Shown here: piece after piece, positions 15,920 to 24,721 of the stretch | Position numbering within the stretch: the stretch's first letter is position 1 | Layout: every line of letters begins with the position of its first letter | Assembly: GCA_016125475.1 (NCBI GenBank) | Contig: WGLR01000019.1 | Location: 120,746-184,745, forward strand | From: Betaproteobacteria bacterium | GTDB lineage: Bacteria; Pseudomonadota; Gammaproteobacteria; Burkholderiales; Ga0077523 | Direction: 5' to 3' | Length of the DNA stretch: 64,000 bases | Program-made: the position numbers and the translations under genes | The notes under the pieces: model-generated | What the model saw: only the letters and a program-made list of their open reading frames with translations | The model's database searches: none | Told to the model about the DNA's origin: nothing

Positions 15920-17122
15920 TCAGCGCCGCCTCGGCCCGGAGGGCTTCCGTGTTCTCGCTTGGGTCGAACCGGTGCGCGCGGGCCGCTCCGGCGTCCGTTC
16001 GGGCTCCTCCGTTTCGGCGGAAGCCTGCCCGCCGGAGGAGAGCCAGTCGAGCACACTTCTCGTCTGGGCTTCCGTGAGTTCAAGATGTTGTCCCCGCTTG
16101 AGTCGGGGCGGGAGGTTGACGATCCCGAAGCGCACGCGCATGAGCCGGCTGACCGTGAAGCCGAAGTGCTCGAACATGCGACGCACGAGCCTGTTGCGCC
16201 CCTCCTTCACGACCGCGCGGTACCACTGGTTGCGCCCGCGTCCGCCGTGCGACTCCAGGAGGTCGAAACGGGCGACGCCGTCGGCGAGTTCGACCCCCGC
16301 CAGCATCTTGCGCCCCTGCTCCTCCTCGAGCTCACCCATGATTCGCACCGCGTATTCACGCTCCACCTCGAAGCGGGGGTGCGTGAGCCGGTTCGCGAGC
16401 TCGCCCGAGGTCGTGAAGATGAGCAGGCCACAGGTGTTGAAATCGAGCCGGCCGATGGCCAGCCACTTGCCGCTCCGGATCACGGGCAGGCGATCGTAGA
16501 CGCTCGGACGCCCTTCGGGATCGCTGCGCGAGACGATCTCCCCCTCCGGCTTGTGGTAGATGATCACGCGCGGAAGCCGGGGCGAGAGCTTGAAGCGAAG
16601 CTGACGACGGCCGACCTTCACGAGATCGTCCGGATTCACGCGCATGCCGAGCGACGCCGCCGCCCCGTTCACGAGAACCTTGCCCCCGCGGATCAGTTCC
16701 TCCATCTCGCGGCGCGAACCCAGGCCCGCCTGGGCGAGCACCTTCTGAAGCTTCTGAGACTGCCCTGCGGTGGCGCCCTGGACGCCGGCGACACGGGGTG
16801 TCACCGAAGTTCCGCGTCTCACGACGGGAACGACGGGTGCCTCCCGCGCGGGCGGACGGGCGTTGTCGCCCGCCGGGCGCCGCCCGGAAGGCGTTCTGTC
16901 GACCCGTGCCGTTGCCCTACCGGCAGGACTGCGCGTTGCCGTACCGCCACGACCGTGCGCTGCCGTGCTACTGCTGCGCTCCGTACGTTCTCCCGACCTG
17001 CCGCTGCGCTCCGCACGTTCCCCCGACGCACGTCCCGCGGCAGGACGCCGTTGCGTGCGTCCGGCCGAGGCGCTACCCGGCTTGCCCCCTGCCCGTCTGT
17101 CCGACGATCCCCGCTTCGCCAT
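15920..17122 (-). CDS. rluB: 23S rRNA pseudouridine(2605) synthase with Arg-rich N- and C-terminal extensions
   Basis: S4 domain KLQKVLAQAGLGSRREMEELIRGGKVLVNG and catalytic GRLDFNTCGLLIFT. About 130-aa low-complexity R/S/G/E N-terminal extension. Start is 2 nt after the recR stop. Confidence 0.85.
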   Translation of the reverse strand: MAKRGSSDRRAGGKPGSASAGRTQRRPAAGRASGERAERSGRSGERTERSSSTAAHGRGGTATRSPAGRATARVDRTPSGRRPAGDNARPPAREAPVVPVVRRGTSVTPRVAGVQGATAGQSQKLQKVLAQAGLGSRREMEELIRGGKVLVNGAAASLGMRVNPDDLVKVGRRQLRFKLSPRLPRVIIYHKPEGEIVSRSDPEGRPSVYDRLPVIRSGKWLAIGRLDFNTCGLLIFTTSGELANRLTHPRFEVEREYAVRIMGELEEEQGRKMLAGVELADGVARFDLLESHGGRGRNQWYRAVVKEGRNRLVRRMFEHFGFTVSRLMRVRFGIVNLPPRLKRGQHLELTEAQTRSVLDWLSSGGQASAETEEPERTPERPARTGSTQARTRKPSGPRRR

Positions 17123-17124
17123 GG

Positions 17125-17724
17125 TCAGGCCACCGAACGGCGTTCGATGAACGCCTGTGCCAGGGTGCCGCTGTCCACGTACTCGAGTTCCCCGCCGACA
17201 GGAAGACCTCGCGCGATCCGGCTGACGCGCAGGCCGCGCTGCTTCAGGGTTTCACCGAGGTAGTGCGCGGTGGCCTCCCCTTCCGCCGTGAAGTTGGTCG
17301 CGAGGATCACCTCACGCACGGTACCGTTGTCTGCCCGCCGCACGACCCGCTCGAGGTGCAATTCCCGCGGCCCGACCCCGTCGAGTGGCGAAAGCCGCCC
17401 CAGCAACACGTAGTAGAGCCCCGCGTAAGCCTGGGTCTGTTCCATCCGCAGCTGGTCCGCGGGCGTCTCGACGACACACAGCAACGACGGATCGCGTCGC
17501 GACGATGCACACACTTCGCAAAGTGGTGTCTCCGTGAAGGTGTTGCACTGTTCGCAGTGGCGGATGTGCTCCAGGGCTCCGGACAGTGCGCCGGACAGCC
17601 GCGCGGCACCATCACGGTCGTGCTCGAGCAGGTAGAAGGCCATGCGCTGCGCGGACCGGGGTCCGACGCCGGGCAGCACCCGAAGTGCTTCGACGAGTGT
17701 CTGCAGGCTCGTGGGCGTCTTCAC
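17125..17724 (-). CDS. recR: Recombination protein RecR
   Basis: ORF 17125..18114 trimmed to GTG 17724 ([33 protein letters not shown], collinear with the E. coli RecR N-terminus). Has Cys4 finger [16 protein letters not shown] and a Toprim region. 199 aa. Confidence 0.9.
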   Translation of the reverse strand: MKTPTSLQTLVEALRVLPGVGPRSAQRMAFYLLEHDRDGAARLSGALSGALEHIRHCEQCNTFTETPLCEVCASSRRDPSLLCVVETPADQLRMEQTQAYAGLYYVLLGRLSPLDGVGPRELHLERVVRRADNGTVREVILATNFTAEGEATAHYLGETLKQRGLRVSRIARGLPVGGELEYVDSGTLAQAFIERRSVA

Positions 17725-17771
17725 GGGAGGTCTCGATCGATGGAGGGAGCCGGACGGCGATGTGCCGCCAC

Positions 17772-18101
17772 CTAGAAGGGCATCTTGAAGCCGGGAGGAA
17801 GCCCCATGCCGCCCGCCAGAGATCCCATCTTCTCCTGCGTGGTGGTCTCGACGCGCCGCACCGCGTCGTTGAACGCTGCGGCCACGAGGTCTTCCAGCAT
17901 TTCCTTGTCGTCGCCGAGAAGGCTCGGGTCGATCGTCACGCGCTTCACGTCGTGCCGGCAGGTCATCACGACCTTGACCATGCCGGCCCCGGCCTGGCCC
18001 TCGACCTCGACCTGCGCGAGTTCTTCCTGAACGCGCTTCATGTTCTCCTGCATCTGCTGGGCCTGCTTCATGAGCCCTGCGAGCTGTCCCTTGTTGATCA
18101 T
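17772..18101 (-). CDS. ybaB: Nucleoid-associated protein YbaB/EbfC
   Basis: 109 aa, [29 protein letters not shown]...; canonical position in dnaX-ybaB-recR. Confidence 0.9.
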   Translation of the reverse strand: MINKGQLAGLMKQAQQMQENMKRVQEELAQVEVEGQAGAGMVKVVMTCRHDVKRVTIDPSLLGDDKEMLEDLVAAAFNDAVRRVETTTQEKMGSLAGGMGLPPGFKMPF

Positions 18102-18122
18102 GCGATCTCTCCATTCAAAACG

Positions 18123-19745
18123 TCATTGATCCGGCGGCTGGACCGGCTGGATCGAGCCATCCACGACTCGCGCGTCGAGACTTTCCATGAGTTCCTGCAC
18201 GAAGGGGTCGGAACTGATGGCGGCCTCCGCATTCTGCTGGCGTTCCGCCTGTTCCCGGGCATCCTTCACGGCGAGGGTGTGGTCGCCTCCGCTGCCGAGG
18301 CGGAAGTCCACCCTGAGTGCCGGAAAATGCGTTCGCAGCGCAGCCACGAACTTGTCGCGATAGGCCTGATCCAGCAGGTGCTTGTGTTCCTCGGCGACAC
18401 CCAGCACGAGGTGGTCGCCCTCGTGCTCGACGAGTTCGCAATGTTGCGCGAGCATGCGCGCCATTCCGCCGAGTTTCAGCCTGGCGAGCGTGTCCGGCCA
18501 GGAACGCCGGTCCAGGGGCGAGGAGGCATCACTCCCGCCCGCGGCGGCGGCGCCGGGCAACGCTTCACGCGGTACGCGTTCCCGCGGTGGGTCGCTCACC
18601 GGGCGGCTCTTGGTCGTCCCGCGCCCCTGCGGTGCGGGCGAAGGCGGGCGATCATCCTCCCGTGGCATGAACGCGAGCATCCTGAGCAGCGTCATCGCGA
18701 ACCCGGTGAATTCGTCCGGCGCCAGAGCCAGGTCCGCACGACCGCGAAGGGCGATCTGGTAGTGCAGCTGGACGTCCTCCGCCGTGAACCGGCGGGCCAG
18801 GTCCAGGAGCCGCTCGCGCTCCGGTTCGTCGTCCGGGATCGCGTCCGGCAGTACCTGCGCGAGGGCGAGGCGGTGCAGGAGACTCGCGAGGTCCTGCATC
18901 GCGGCCTCGAACGACAGCCCGCGCGCGGACATCGTTTCCGCCTGGGAAAGCGCCCCGGGGCCGTCACCGTTCGCCACGCACTCGAGCAGCACGAACAGGT
19001 AGGTGGTGTCGACGATCCCGAGCATGTCGCGCACACCGGCTTCCCGCACCTCGCCGGCGCCGTGCACGATCGCCTGGTCGAGCAGACTCAGGCTGTCACG
19101 CATGCTCCCCTGGGCGGCGCGCGCGAGCAGCGCCAGGGCACCCGCCTCGACCTGTTCCACGTTCTCGGCCGCGAGCACCTTCTCGAGCTGTCCGCGGATC
19201 TGGGCAGTTGTCAGCTGCTTGAGCCCGAACTGCAGACAGCGCGAGAGCACGGTTACGGGAATCTTCTGGGGGTCGGTGGTCGCGAGCACGAACTTGACGT
19301 GCTCCGGCGGCTCCTCGAGGGTCTTCAGCATGGCATTGAATGCACTGCGCGAGAGCATGTGCACCTCGTCGATGATGTAGACCTTGAAGCGCCCTGCCGT
19401 GGGGGCGTACAGCGCGTTCTCGAGCAGTTCGCGCATGTTGTCGACCTGGGTATTCGATGCGGCGTCCAGTTCGAGAAGATCGACGAATCGCCCGGCATCG
19501 ATCGCCCGGCACGTGTCGCACTGCCCGCAGGGCGTCGACGAAATCCCGGTCTCGCAGTTCAGCGCCTTCGCGATGATGCGCGCGATCGTGGTCTTCCCGA
19601 CCCCGCGTGTGCCCGTGAGCAGGTAGGCGTGGTGCAGGCGATTCTGGTCCAGCGCGTGCGCGAGCGCCTTGACCACGTGCTCCTGCCCGACGAGTTCGGC
19701 GAAGTTTCGCGGCCGGTACTTCCGCGCGAGCGCGAGTCTGCTCAT
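18123..19745 (-). CDS. dnaX: DNA polymerase III subunit gamma/tau
   Basis: MSRLALARKYRPRNFAELVGQEHVV, Walker A GTRGVGKTT, zinc module CGQCDTCRAI, Walker B IIDEVHMLS. Start taken at ATG 19745. Confidence 0.9.
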   Translation of the reverse strand: MSRLALARKYRPRNFAELVGQEHVVKALAHALDQNRLHHAYLLTGTRGVGKTTIARIIAKALNCETGISSTPCGQCDTCRAIDAGRFVDLLELDAASNTQVDNMRELLENALYAPTAGRFKVYIIDEVHMLSRSAFNAMLKTLEEPPEHVKFVLATTDPQKIPVTVLSRCLQFGLKQLTTAQIRGQLEKVLAAENVEQVEAGALALLARAAQGSMRDSLSLLDQAIVHGAGEVREAGVRDMLGIVDTTYLFVLLECVANGDGPGALSQAETMSARGLSFEAAMQDLASLLHRLALAQVLPDAIPDDEPERERLLDLARRFTAEDVQLHYQIALRGRADLALAPDEFTGFAMTLLRMLAFMPREDDRPPSPAPQGRGTTKSRPVSDPPRERVPREALPGAAAAGGSDASSPLDRRSWPDTLARLKLGGMARMLAQHCELVEHEGDHLVLGVAEEHKHLLDQAYRDKFVAALRTHFPALRVDFRLGSGGDHTLAVKDAREQAERQQNAEAAISSDPFVQELMESLDARVVDGSIQPVQPPDQ

Positions 19746-20000
19746 GGTCACCGCCCGGTCGGCACGCCCGGCGTGCACTGTCGCGATGAGGAAGGATGGT
19801 CAGTCATAGCGCTATCCCGCTGTCCCCGGTTGTCCGGCACCGCGCATACCGAATGTTTCCCGCACTGGATGGGACCCTCGGATGCACCGGGCGACCGGCC
19901 CGCGGCGGCAGCGGGACGATCCATCGGAGGATCGCCCCGGAACCGCGTTCGCCGGTACGCGCGCCGGCGTACACGCCGAGCACGCTACCGACGCTCGCAA

Positions 20001-20101
20001 GGGGTGGCGAGCCTGATCCCCGGCACTTGCAGAGAATAGCTGTGGCTGCTTCCTTCCGGACCTGACCAGGTTCGCTACCATGCAATGCGGGGAGGCCCGC
20101 C
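20001..20101 (-). ncRNA. ffs: Signal recognition particle RNA (4.5S, small bacterial type)
   Basis: Minus strand reads CCUGGUCAGGUCCGGAAGGAAGCAGCCAC, near-identical to the E. coli 4.5S domain IV core. Terminal helix GGCGGGCCU / AGGCUCGCC closes the molecule. Located upstream of dnaX, as in many bacteria. Ends are approximate by a few nt. Confidence 0.8.
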
Positions 20102-20195
20102 GTTGTCCATTAGGCCACAGACATCATGCACTGGGCAATGGCGAATGTCGCGCGATCCCTTTGCCCTTCCGTGCCGTGCCGCCGGCCACACGCCG

Positions 20196-21710
20196 TCACG
20201 CCGTGACGACGGGTATCTTGCCTATCCGGGCCTGCCACTCCTTCGGACCCGTCTGATGCACCGAAGTGCCCTGCGCGTCGACCGCGACCGTGACGGGCAT
20301 GTCGACGACGTCGAACTCGTAGATGGCTTCCATGCCCAGGTCCGCGAACGCGACCGTCCGGGCGGCCTTGATGGCCTTGGACACCAGATAGGCAGCCCCG
20401 CCGACGGCCATCAGGTAGACGGCCCGGTTGTCGCGGATTGCCTCGACGGCGGCCGGGCCGCGCTCGGCCTTGCCCACCATGCCCAGCAGCCCGGTCTGTT
20501 CGAGCATCGTGCGGGTGAACTTGTCCATGCGGGTCGACGTCGTCGGCCCCGCGGGCCCCACGACCTCGTCCCTGACCGGATCGACCGGTCCGACGTAGTA
20601 GATGAACCGATTCCGGAAGTCGACGGGCAGCTTCTCGCCTTTCGCGAGCATGTCCACGAGCCGCTTGTGGGCGGCATCGCGTCCGGTGAGCAGCTTGCCG
20701 TTCAGGAGCAGGACGTCGCCGGGCTTCCAGCTGGCGACCTCCTCCCTCGTCACGGTGTCGAGCTGCACGCGGCGCCCCTTGGACGCGTCGTAGGTGAGCT
20801 TCGGCCAGTCATCCAGCGAAGGTGCTGCGAGCTTCGCAGGCCCCGAGCCGTCCAGCACGAAGTGCACGTGGCGCGTCGCCGCGCAGTTCGGGATGATCGC
20901 GACGGGCAGGCTGGCCGCGTGCGTCGGATAGTCGCGGATCTTCACGTCGAGAACGGTCGTGAGCCCGCCCAGTCCCTGCGCACCGATCCCGAGCGCATTG
21001 ACCTTCTCGTAGAGTTCGATCCGCAGTTCCTCCACGCGGTTGCCCGGTCCGCGCGCGATGAGATCCTGCATGTCGATCGGGTCCATCAGGGACTCCTTGG
21101 CCATCAGCATCGCCTTCTCGGCCGTGCCGCCGATGCCGATTCCGAGGATGCCCGGCGGACACCAGCCCGCGCCCATGGTCGGCACGGTCTTCAGCACCCA
21201 GTCGACGATCGAGTCGGACGGGTTGAGCATGGTGAACTTCGACTTGTTCTCGGAGCCGCCGCCCTTGGCCGCGACTTCCACCTCGATCGTCTCGCCGGGC
21301 ACCAGCGAGACGTGGATCACGGCCGGCGTGTTGTCGCGCGTATTCCGGCGCGCGCCGGCGGGGTCCGTGAGCACGGAAGCCCGCAGCTTGTTGTCCGGAT
21401 TCGTGTAAGCCCGCCGGACGCCCTCGTTCACCATGTCGTCGAGACTCATGGTGGCGTCCCAGCGAACCTGCATGCCCACCTTCAGGAACACGTTGACGAT
21501 CCCGGTGTCCTGGCAGATGGGCCGGTGACCCTCGGCGCACATGCGCGAGTTGATCAGGATCTGCGCCATCGCGTCCTTCGCGGCCGGCGACTGCTCCAGC
21601 TCGTAGGCCCGCGCGAGGTTGCGGATGTAATCGGTGGGGTGATAGTACGAGATGAACTGCAGCGCGTCCGCGATGCTCTCGATCAGATCGTCCTGACGGA
21701 TGGTGGCCAT
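20196..21710 (-). CDS. fumA: Class I (Fe-S dependent) fumarate hydratase
   Basis: 504 aa single-chain class I fumarase. MATIRQDDLIESIADALQFISYYHPTDYI..., CQDTGIV motif, and a C-terminal beta-subunit-like domain. Confidence 0.85.
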   Translation of the reverse strand: MATIRQDDLIESIADALQFISYYHPTDYIRNLARAYELEQSPAAKDAMAQILINSRMCAEGHRPICQDTGIVNVFLKVGMQVRWDATMSLDDMVNEGVRRAYTNPDNKLRASVLTDPAGARRNTRDNTPAVIHVSLVPGETIEVEVAAKGGGSENKSKFTMLNPSDSIVDWVLKTVPTMGAGWCPPGILGIGIGGTAEKAMLMAKESLMDPIDMQDLIARGPGNRVEELRIELYEKVNALGIGAQGLGGLTTVLDVKIRDYPTHAASLPVAIIPNCAATRHVHFVLDGSGPAKLAAPSLDDWPKLTYDASKGRRVQLDTVTREEVASWKPGDVLLLNGKLLTGRDAAHKRLVDMLAKGEKLPVDFRNRFIYYVGPVDPVRDEVVGPAGPTTSTRMDKFTRTMLEQTGLLGMVGKAERGPAAVEAIRDNRAVYLMAVGGAAYLVSKAIKAARTVAFADLGMEAIYEFDVVDMPVTVAVDAQGTSVHQTGPKEWQARIGKIPVVTA

Positions 21711-21825
21711 GATGCTCGGCGTTTCGGGCTCGAACGGGAAAGCCGGTCAGTATACGCCATGCCACCAGTGCGGACCACGGCGTGCGGCGCCGGATCGAAT
21801 GTCGATCGGACGTCGGCCCCGCCTC

Positions 21826-21831
21826 TATAAT
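21826..21831 (+). promoter_or_regulatory. Candidate -10 box (TATAAT) for acs
   Basis: Perfect TATAAT 62 nt upstream of the acs ATG in context ccgcctcTATAAT. GGAGA Shine-Dalgarno sequence lies 7 nt before the ATG. Confidence 0.3.
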
Positions 21832-21892
21832 CGATGCAAATGCCGATGGGAGATGAGTCGGCCTCGTTCGTTACCAAGAAACGGAGACAGCC

Positions 21893-23872
21893 ATGTCCAC
21901 GATCGAATCCGTATTGCAGGAAAACCGGGTGTTCGAGCCGCCCGCGTCGTTCGTCGCCCAGGCGAACATCAGGGGTCTGGAGGCGTACCAGCGCCTCTGC
22001 GAGGAGGCGGAACGCGACTACACCGGATTCTGGGGCCGGCTCGCCCGCGAGAACCTGCTCTGGCACAAGCCCTTCACGCAGATCCTCGACGAGTCTGGCG
22101 CGCCATTCTTCAAGTGGTTCGCGGACGGCCAGTTGAACGTCTCCCACAACTGCCTCGATCGCCACCTCAAGACGCAGCCCGACAAGGTCGCCATCATCTT
22201 CGAGGCCGACGACGGCTCGGTCACCAAGGTGACGTACCGCCAGCTCCACCACCGTGTCTGCCAATTCTCGAACGGCCTGAAGAAGATCGGGATCCGCAAG
22301 GGCGACCGGGTGCTCGTCTACATGCCGATGTCGGTCGAGGCGATCGTCGCGATGCAGGCGTGCGCACGCATCGGCGCGACCCACTCGGTGGTCTTCGGCG
22401 GATTCTCCGCCAAGAGCCTCCAGGAACGCATCGTCGACGCCGGCGCGGTGGCCGTGATCACGGCCGACGGCCAGTATCGCGGCGGAAAGGAGATTCCCCT
22501 CAAGCCGGCCGTGGACGAAGCATTCTCGATGGGGGGATGCGACGTCGTGAAGCACGTGGTGATCTACAAGCGGACGGGCAGCGACATCCACGTGCACGCC
22601 CCGCGCGACAAGTGGTGGCACGACGTCGTCGCGAACGAACCCGAGACCTGCGAGCCGGAATGGGTCGACGCCGAGCACCCGCTCTTCATCCTCTACACCT
22701 CGGGTTCCACCGGCAAGCCGAAGGGCGTCCAGCACTCGAGCGCGGGGTACCTCCTCCACGCGATGCTCACGATGCAGTGGACCTTCGATCTCAAGCCCCA
22801 GGACATCTTCTGGTGCACGGCGGACGTGGGCTGGGTGACGGGTCACACCTACATCGCGTACGGCCCGCTCGCCTGCGGCGCGACCCAGATCGTGTTCGAG
22901 GGCGTGCCCACCTATCCCGACGCGGGTCGCTTCTGGAAGATGGTGGCGGAACACAACGTCTCCATCTTCTACACGGCCCCCACCGCGATCCGCTCCCTCA
23001 TCAAGGCTTCCGAAGCCAACGAGAAGGCACACCCCCGGAACCACGACCTGTCGAGCCTGCGCCTGCTCGGATCGGTGGGCGAGCCCATCAATCCGGAAGC
23101 GTGGATGTGGTATCACACCCACGTGGGGGGTGGCCGCTGCCCCATCGTCGACACCTGGTGGCAGACCGAGACAGGCGGTCACATGATCACCCCGCTCCCG
23201 GGCGCGACGCCGCTCAAGCCCGGCTCGTGCACCCTGCCCCTGCCCGGCGTGATGGCCGCGATCGTGGACGAGACGGGTCACGACGTCGAGAAGGGCAAGG
23301 GCGGGATCCTCGTCATCAAGCGTCCGTGGCCCTCGATGATCCGCACCATATGGGGTGATCCCGAACGGTTCCGCAAGAGCTACTACCCCGACGACTTCCA
23401 GGGTCGCTACTACCTCGCCGGCGACGGCGCCAACCGCGATATGGACGGCTACTTCTGGATCATGGGCCGCATCGACGACGTGCTGAACGTCTCGGGACAC
23501 CGTCTCGGCACGATGGAAATCGAGTCCGCGCTGGTCGCGAACTCCCTCGTCGCCGAAGCGGCCGTCGTCGGCAGGCCTCACGACGTGAAGGGCGAGGCCG
23601 TGGTCGCGTTCGTCGTGCTGAAGGGCGCGCGCCCCGACGGCGACGCGGCGAAGGAAATCGCAGCCACGCTGCGCAACTGGGTGGCCCAGGAGATCGGCCC
23701 GATCGCCAAGCCCGACGAGATCCGCTTCGGCGACAACCTGCCCAAGACCCGCTCCGGGAAGATCATGCGCCGGCTCCTGCGCTCGCTCGCGCGGGGCGAG
23801 GAGATCACCCAGGACGTCTCGACGCTCGAGAATCCGGCGATCCTCCAGCAGCTCGGTCAGGCCGTGAAGTAG
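21893..23872 (+). CDS. acs: Acetyl-CoA synthetase
   Basis: 659 aa. AMP-binding motif [13 protein letters not shown]-terminal SGKIMRR, and an N-terminus typical of Acs. Confidence 0.95.
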   Translation: MSTIESVLQENRVFEPPASFVAQANIRGLEAYQRLCEEAERDYTGFWGRLARENLLWHKPFTQILDESGAPFFKWFADGQLNVSHNCLDRHLKTQPDKVAIIFEADDGSVTKVTYRQLHHRVCQFSNGLKKIGIRKGDRVLVYMPMSVEAIVAMQACARIGATHSVVFGGFSAKSLQERIVDAGAVAVITADGQYRGGKEIPLKPAVDEAFSMGGCDVVKHVVIYKRTGSDIHVHAPRDKWWHDVVANEPETCEPEWVDAEHPLFILYTSGSTGKPKGVQHSSAGYLLHAMLTMQWTFDLKPQDIFWCTADVGWVTGHTYIAYGPLACGATQIVFEGVPTYPDAGRFWKMVAEHNVSIFYTAPTAIRSLIKASEANEKAHPRNHDLSSLRLLGSVGEPINPEAWMWYHTHVGGGRCPIVDTWWQTETGGHMITPLPGATPLKPGSCTLPLPGVMAAIVDETGHDVEKGKGGILVIKRPWPSMIRTIWGDPERFRKSYYPDDFQGRYYLAGDGANRDMDGYFWIMGRIDDVLNVSGHRLGTMEIESALVANSLVAEAAVVGRPHDVKGEAVVAFVVLKGARPDGDAAKEIAATLRNWVAQEIGPIAKPDEIRFGDNLPKTRSGKIMRRLLRSLARGEEITQDVSTLENPAILQQLGQAVK

Positions 23873-23880
23873 AGGCACGC

Positions 23881-23914
23881 GTGCGCAGGCGGCCGCACTC
23901 GACCGCCTGCGCAC
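23881..23914 (+). terminator. Strong hairpin downstream of acs (terminator-like, no U-tract)
   Basis: Perfect 12-bp inverted repeat gtgcgcaggcgg (23881-23892) / ccgcctgcgcac (23903-23914), 9 nt after the acs stop. Confidence 0.45.
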
Positions 23915-24094
23915 CCAACCCGACACACGCCGAAGCGGACGAATGCAGGAGCCGCCCCGATCTTTCTCGCGGGGGGCCATCTGCACCGGTGCCCCGGGTC
24001 AGGCCCCCGTACGGGATTCGCGAGGTCTCCCGGCGACATGGGGTCACCGCGCCCGTGGGTCAACTTCGCGGGCACCATCGTCGTTCCGTCACCG

Positions 24095-24116
24095 TTGTGC
24101 GATCATATTTGCACAA
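24095..24116. promoter_or_regulatory. Inverted repeat TTGTGC-N10-GCACAA in an AT-richer patch upstream of the T7-like operon
   Basis: ttgtgcgatcatatttgcacaa is the only AT-richer stretch in the 23.9-24.24 kb intergenic region. It lies 120-180 nt upstream of the first gene of the operon. Operator or promoter function is inferred only. Confidence 0.25.
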
Positions 24117-24238
24117 AGCGGAATCGAGCGAGACCTGCATGAAACGCCATATCCGTCACAACACCACCGTGCCGTCGTGCCCGGAACCAGAAACGACGTT
24201 CGTGCCTGCCGTCCCCCCGGACCCTGCGGCCGCCGTCG

Positions 24239-24721
24239 ATGCGTTCACGTACCGAGCCGGATCACGGGCACGCCATGGCACTCGATGAATCGGCGGCGGG
24301 TGCCGCCAAAGGCTCCCGCACCCGCCCGCTGATCGAGCCGGTCTCCATCGAGGAGGCGCTCGAGGCCGCACGCGTCTGGACCCGGGAGGACCGGGCGCTC
24401 ACCGACGGCCGCGGAGCCCTCAACCGGGCGATCAAGAGCCTGCGGGCCTCGCTCGAGAAGGTCGGACTCGACCCGTCCGAAACGGCGGGGGACGCGCTTC
24501 CCACACCTGATGCCGTGCTCGCCGCGATGGGGTCCGCCGACAAGCAGCTCTCCCGTGCCGTGTCCGCACGCGTGAACACCCGCCAGGCGTGCACGGACGC
24601 CCTGCTGCAGGCGGAAGCCGTGCTTCAGAACCTCTCCAACCTGCGTCTGGCCCGAGTCGTGACGATCCTGCTTGCCGTCCTGCTCGCCGGCGGCCTCGTA
24701 TTTCTGCTGATCCATGGCTGA
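24239..24721 (+). CDS. Tail-anchored membrane protein (helical N-domain, single C-terminal TM)
   Basis: 160 aa (or 148 aa from ATG 24275). C-terminal TM helix LARVVTILLAVLLAGGLVFLLI. 8-nt overlap with the downstream ATPase gene. No recognisable family. Confidence 0.55.
   Translation: MRSRTEPDHGHAMALDESAAGAAKGSRTRPLIEPVSIEEALEAARVWTREDRALTDGRGALNRAIKSLRASLEKVGLDPSETAGDALPTPDAVLAAMGSADKQLSRAVSARVNTRQACTDALLQAEAVLQNLSNLRLARVVTILLAVLLAGGLVFLLIHG

Noticed and set aside
18123-19745. Programmed -1 frameshift site in dnaX (A AAA AAG type)
   Set aside because: I found no run of five or more A/T residues anywhere in the gene, so the E. coli-type slippery heptamer is absent. Whether gamma is produced by another route cannot be judged from sequence alone.
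19779-20000. Hairpins between dnaX and ffs (for example gtacgc-gcgccg-gcgtac at about 19955-19975; gggacgatcc/ggatcgcccc at about 19905-19935)
   Set aside because: These are short GC-rich stems without U-tracts in a GC-rich spacer, and are expected by chance. They are not reported as terminators.
17586-20039. 817-aa plus-strand ORF opposite ybaB/dnaX and the ffs region
   Set aside because: It is antisense to well-supported dnaX and ybaB and overlaps the SRP RNA. It has low-complexity sequence without motifs.
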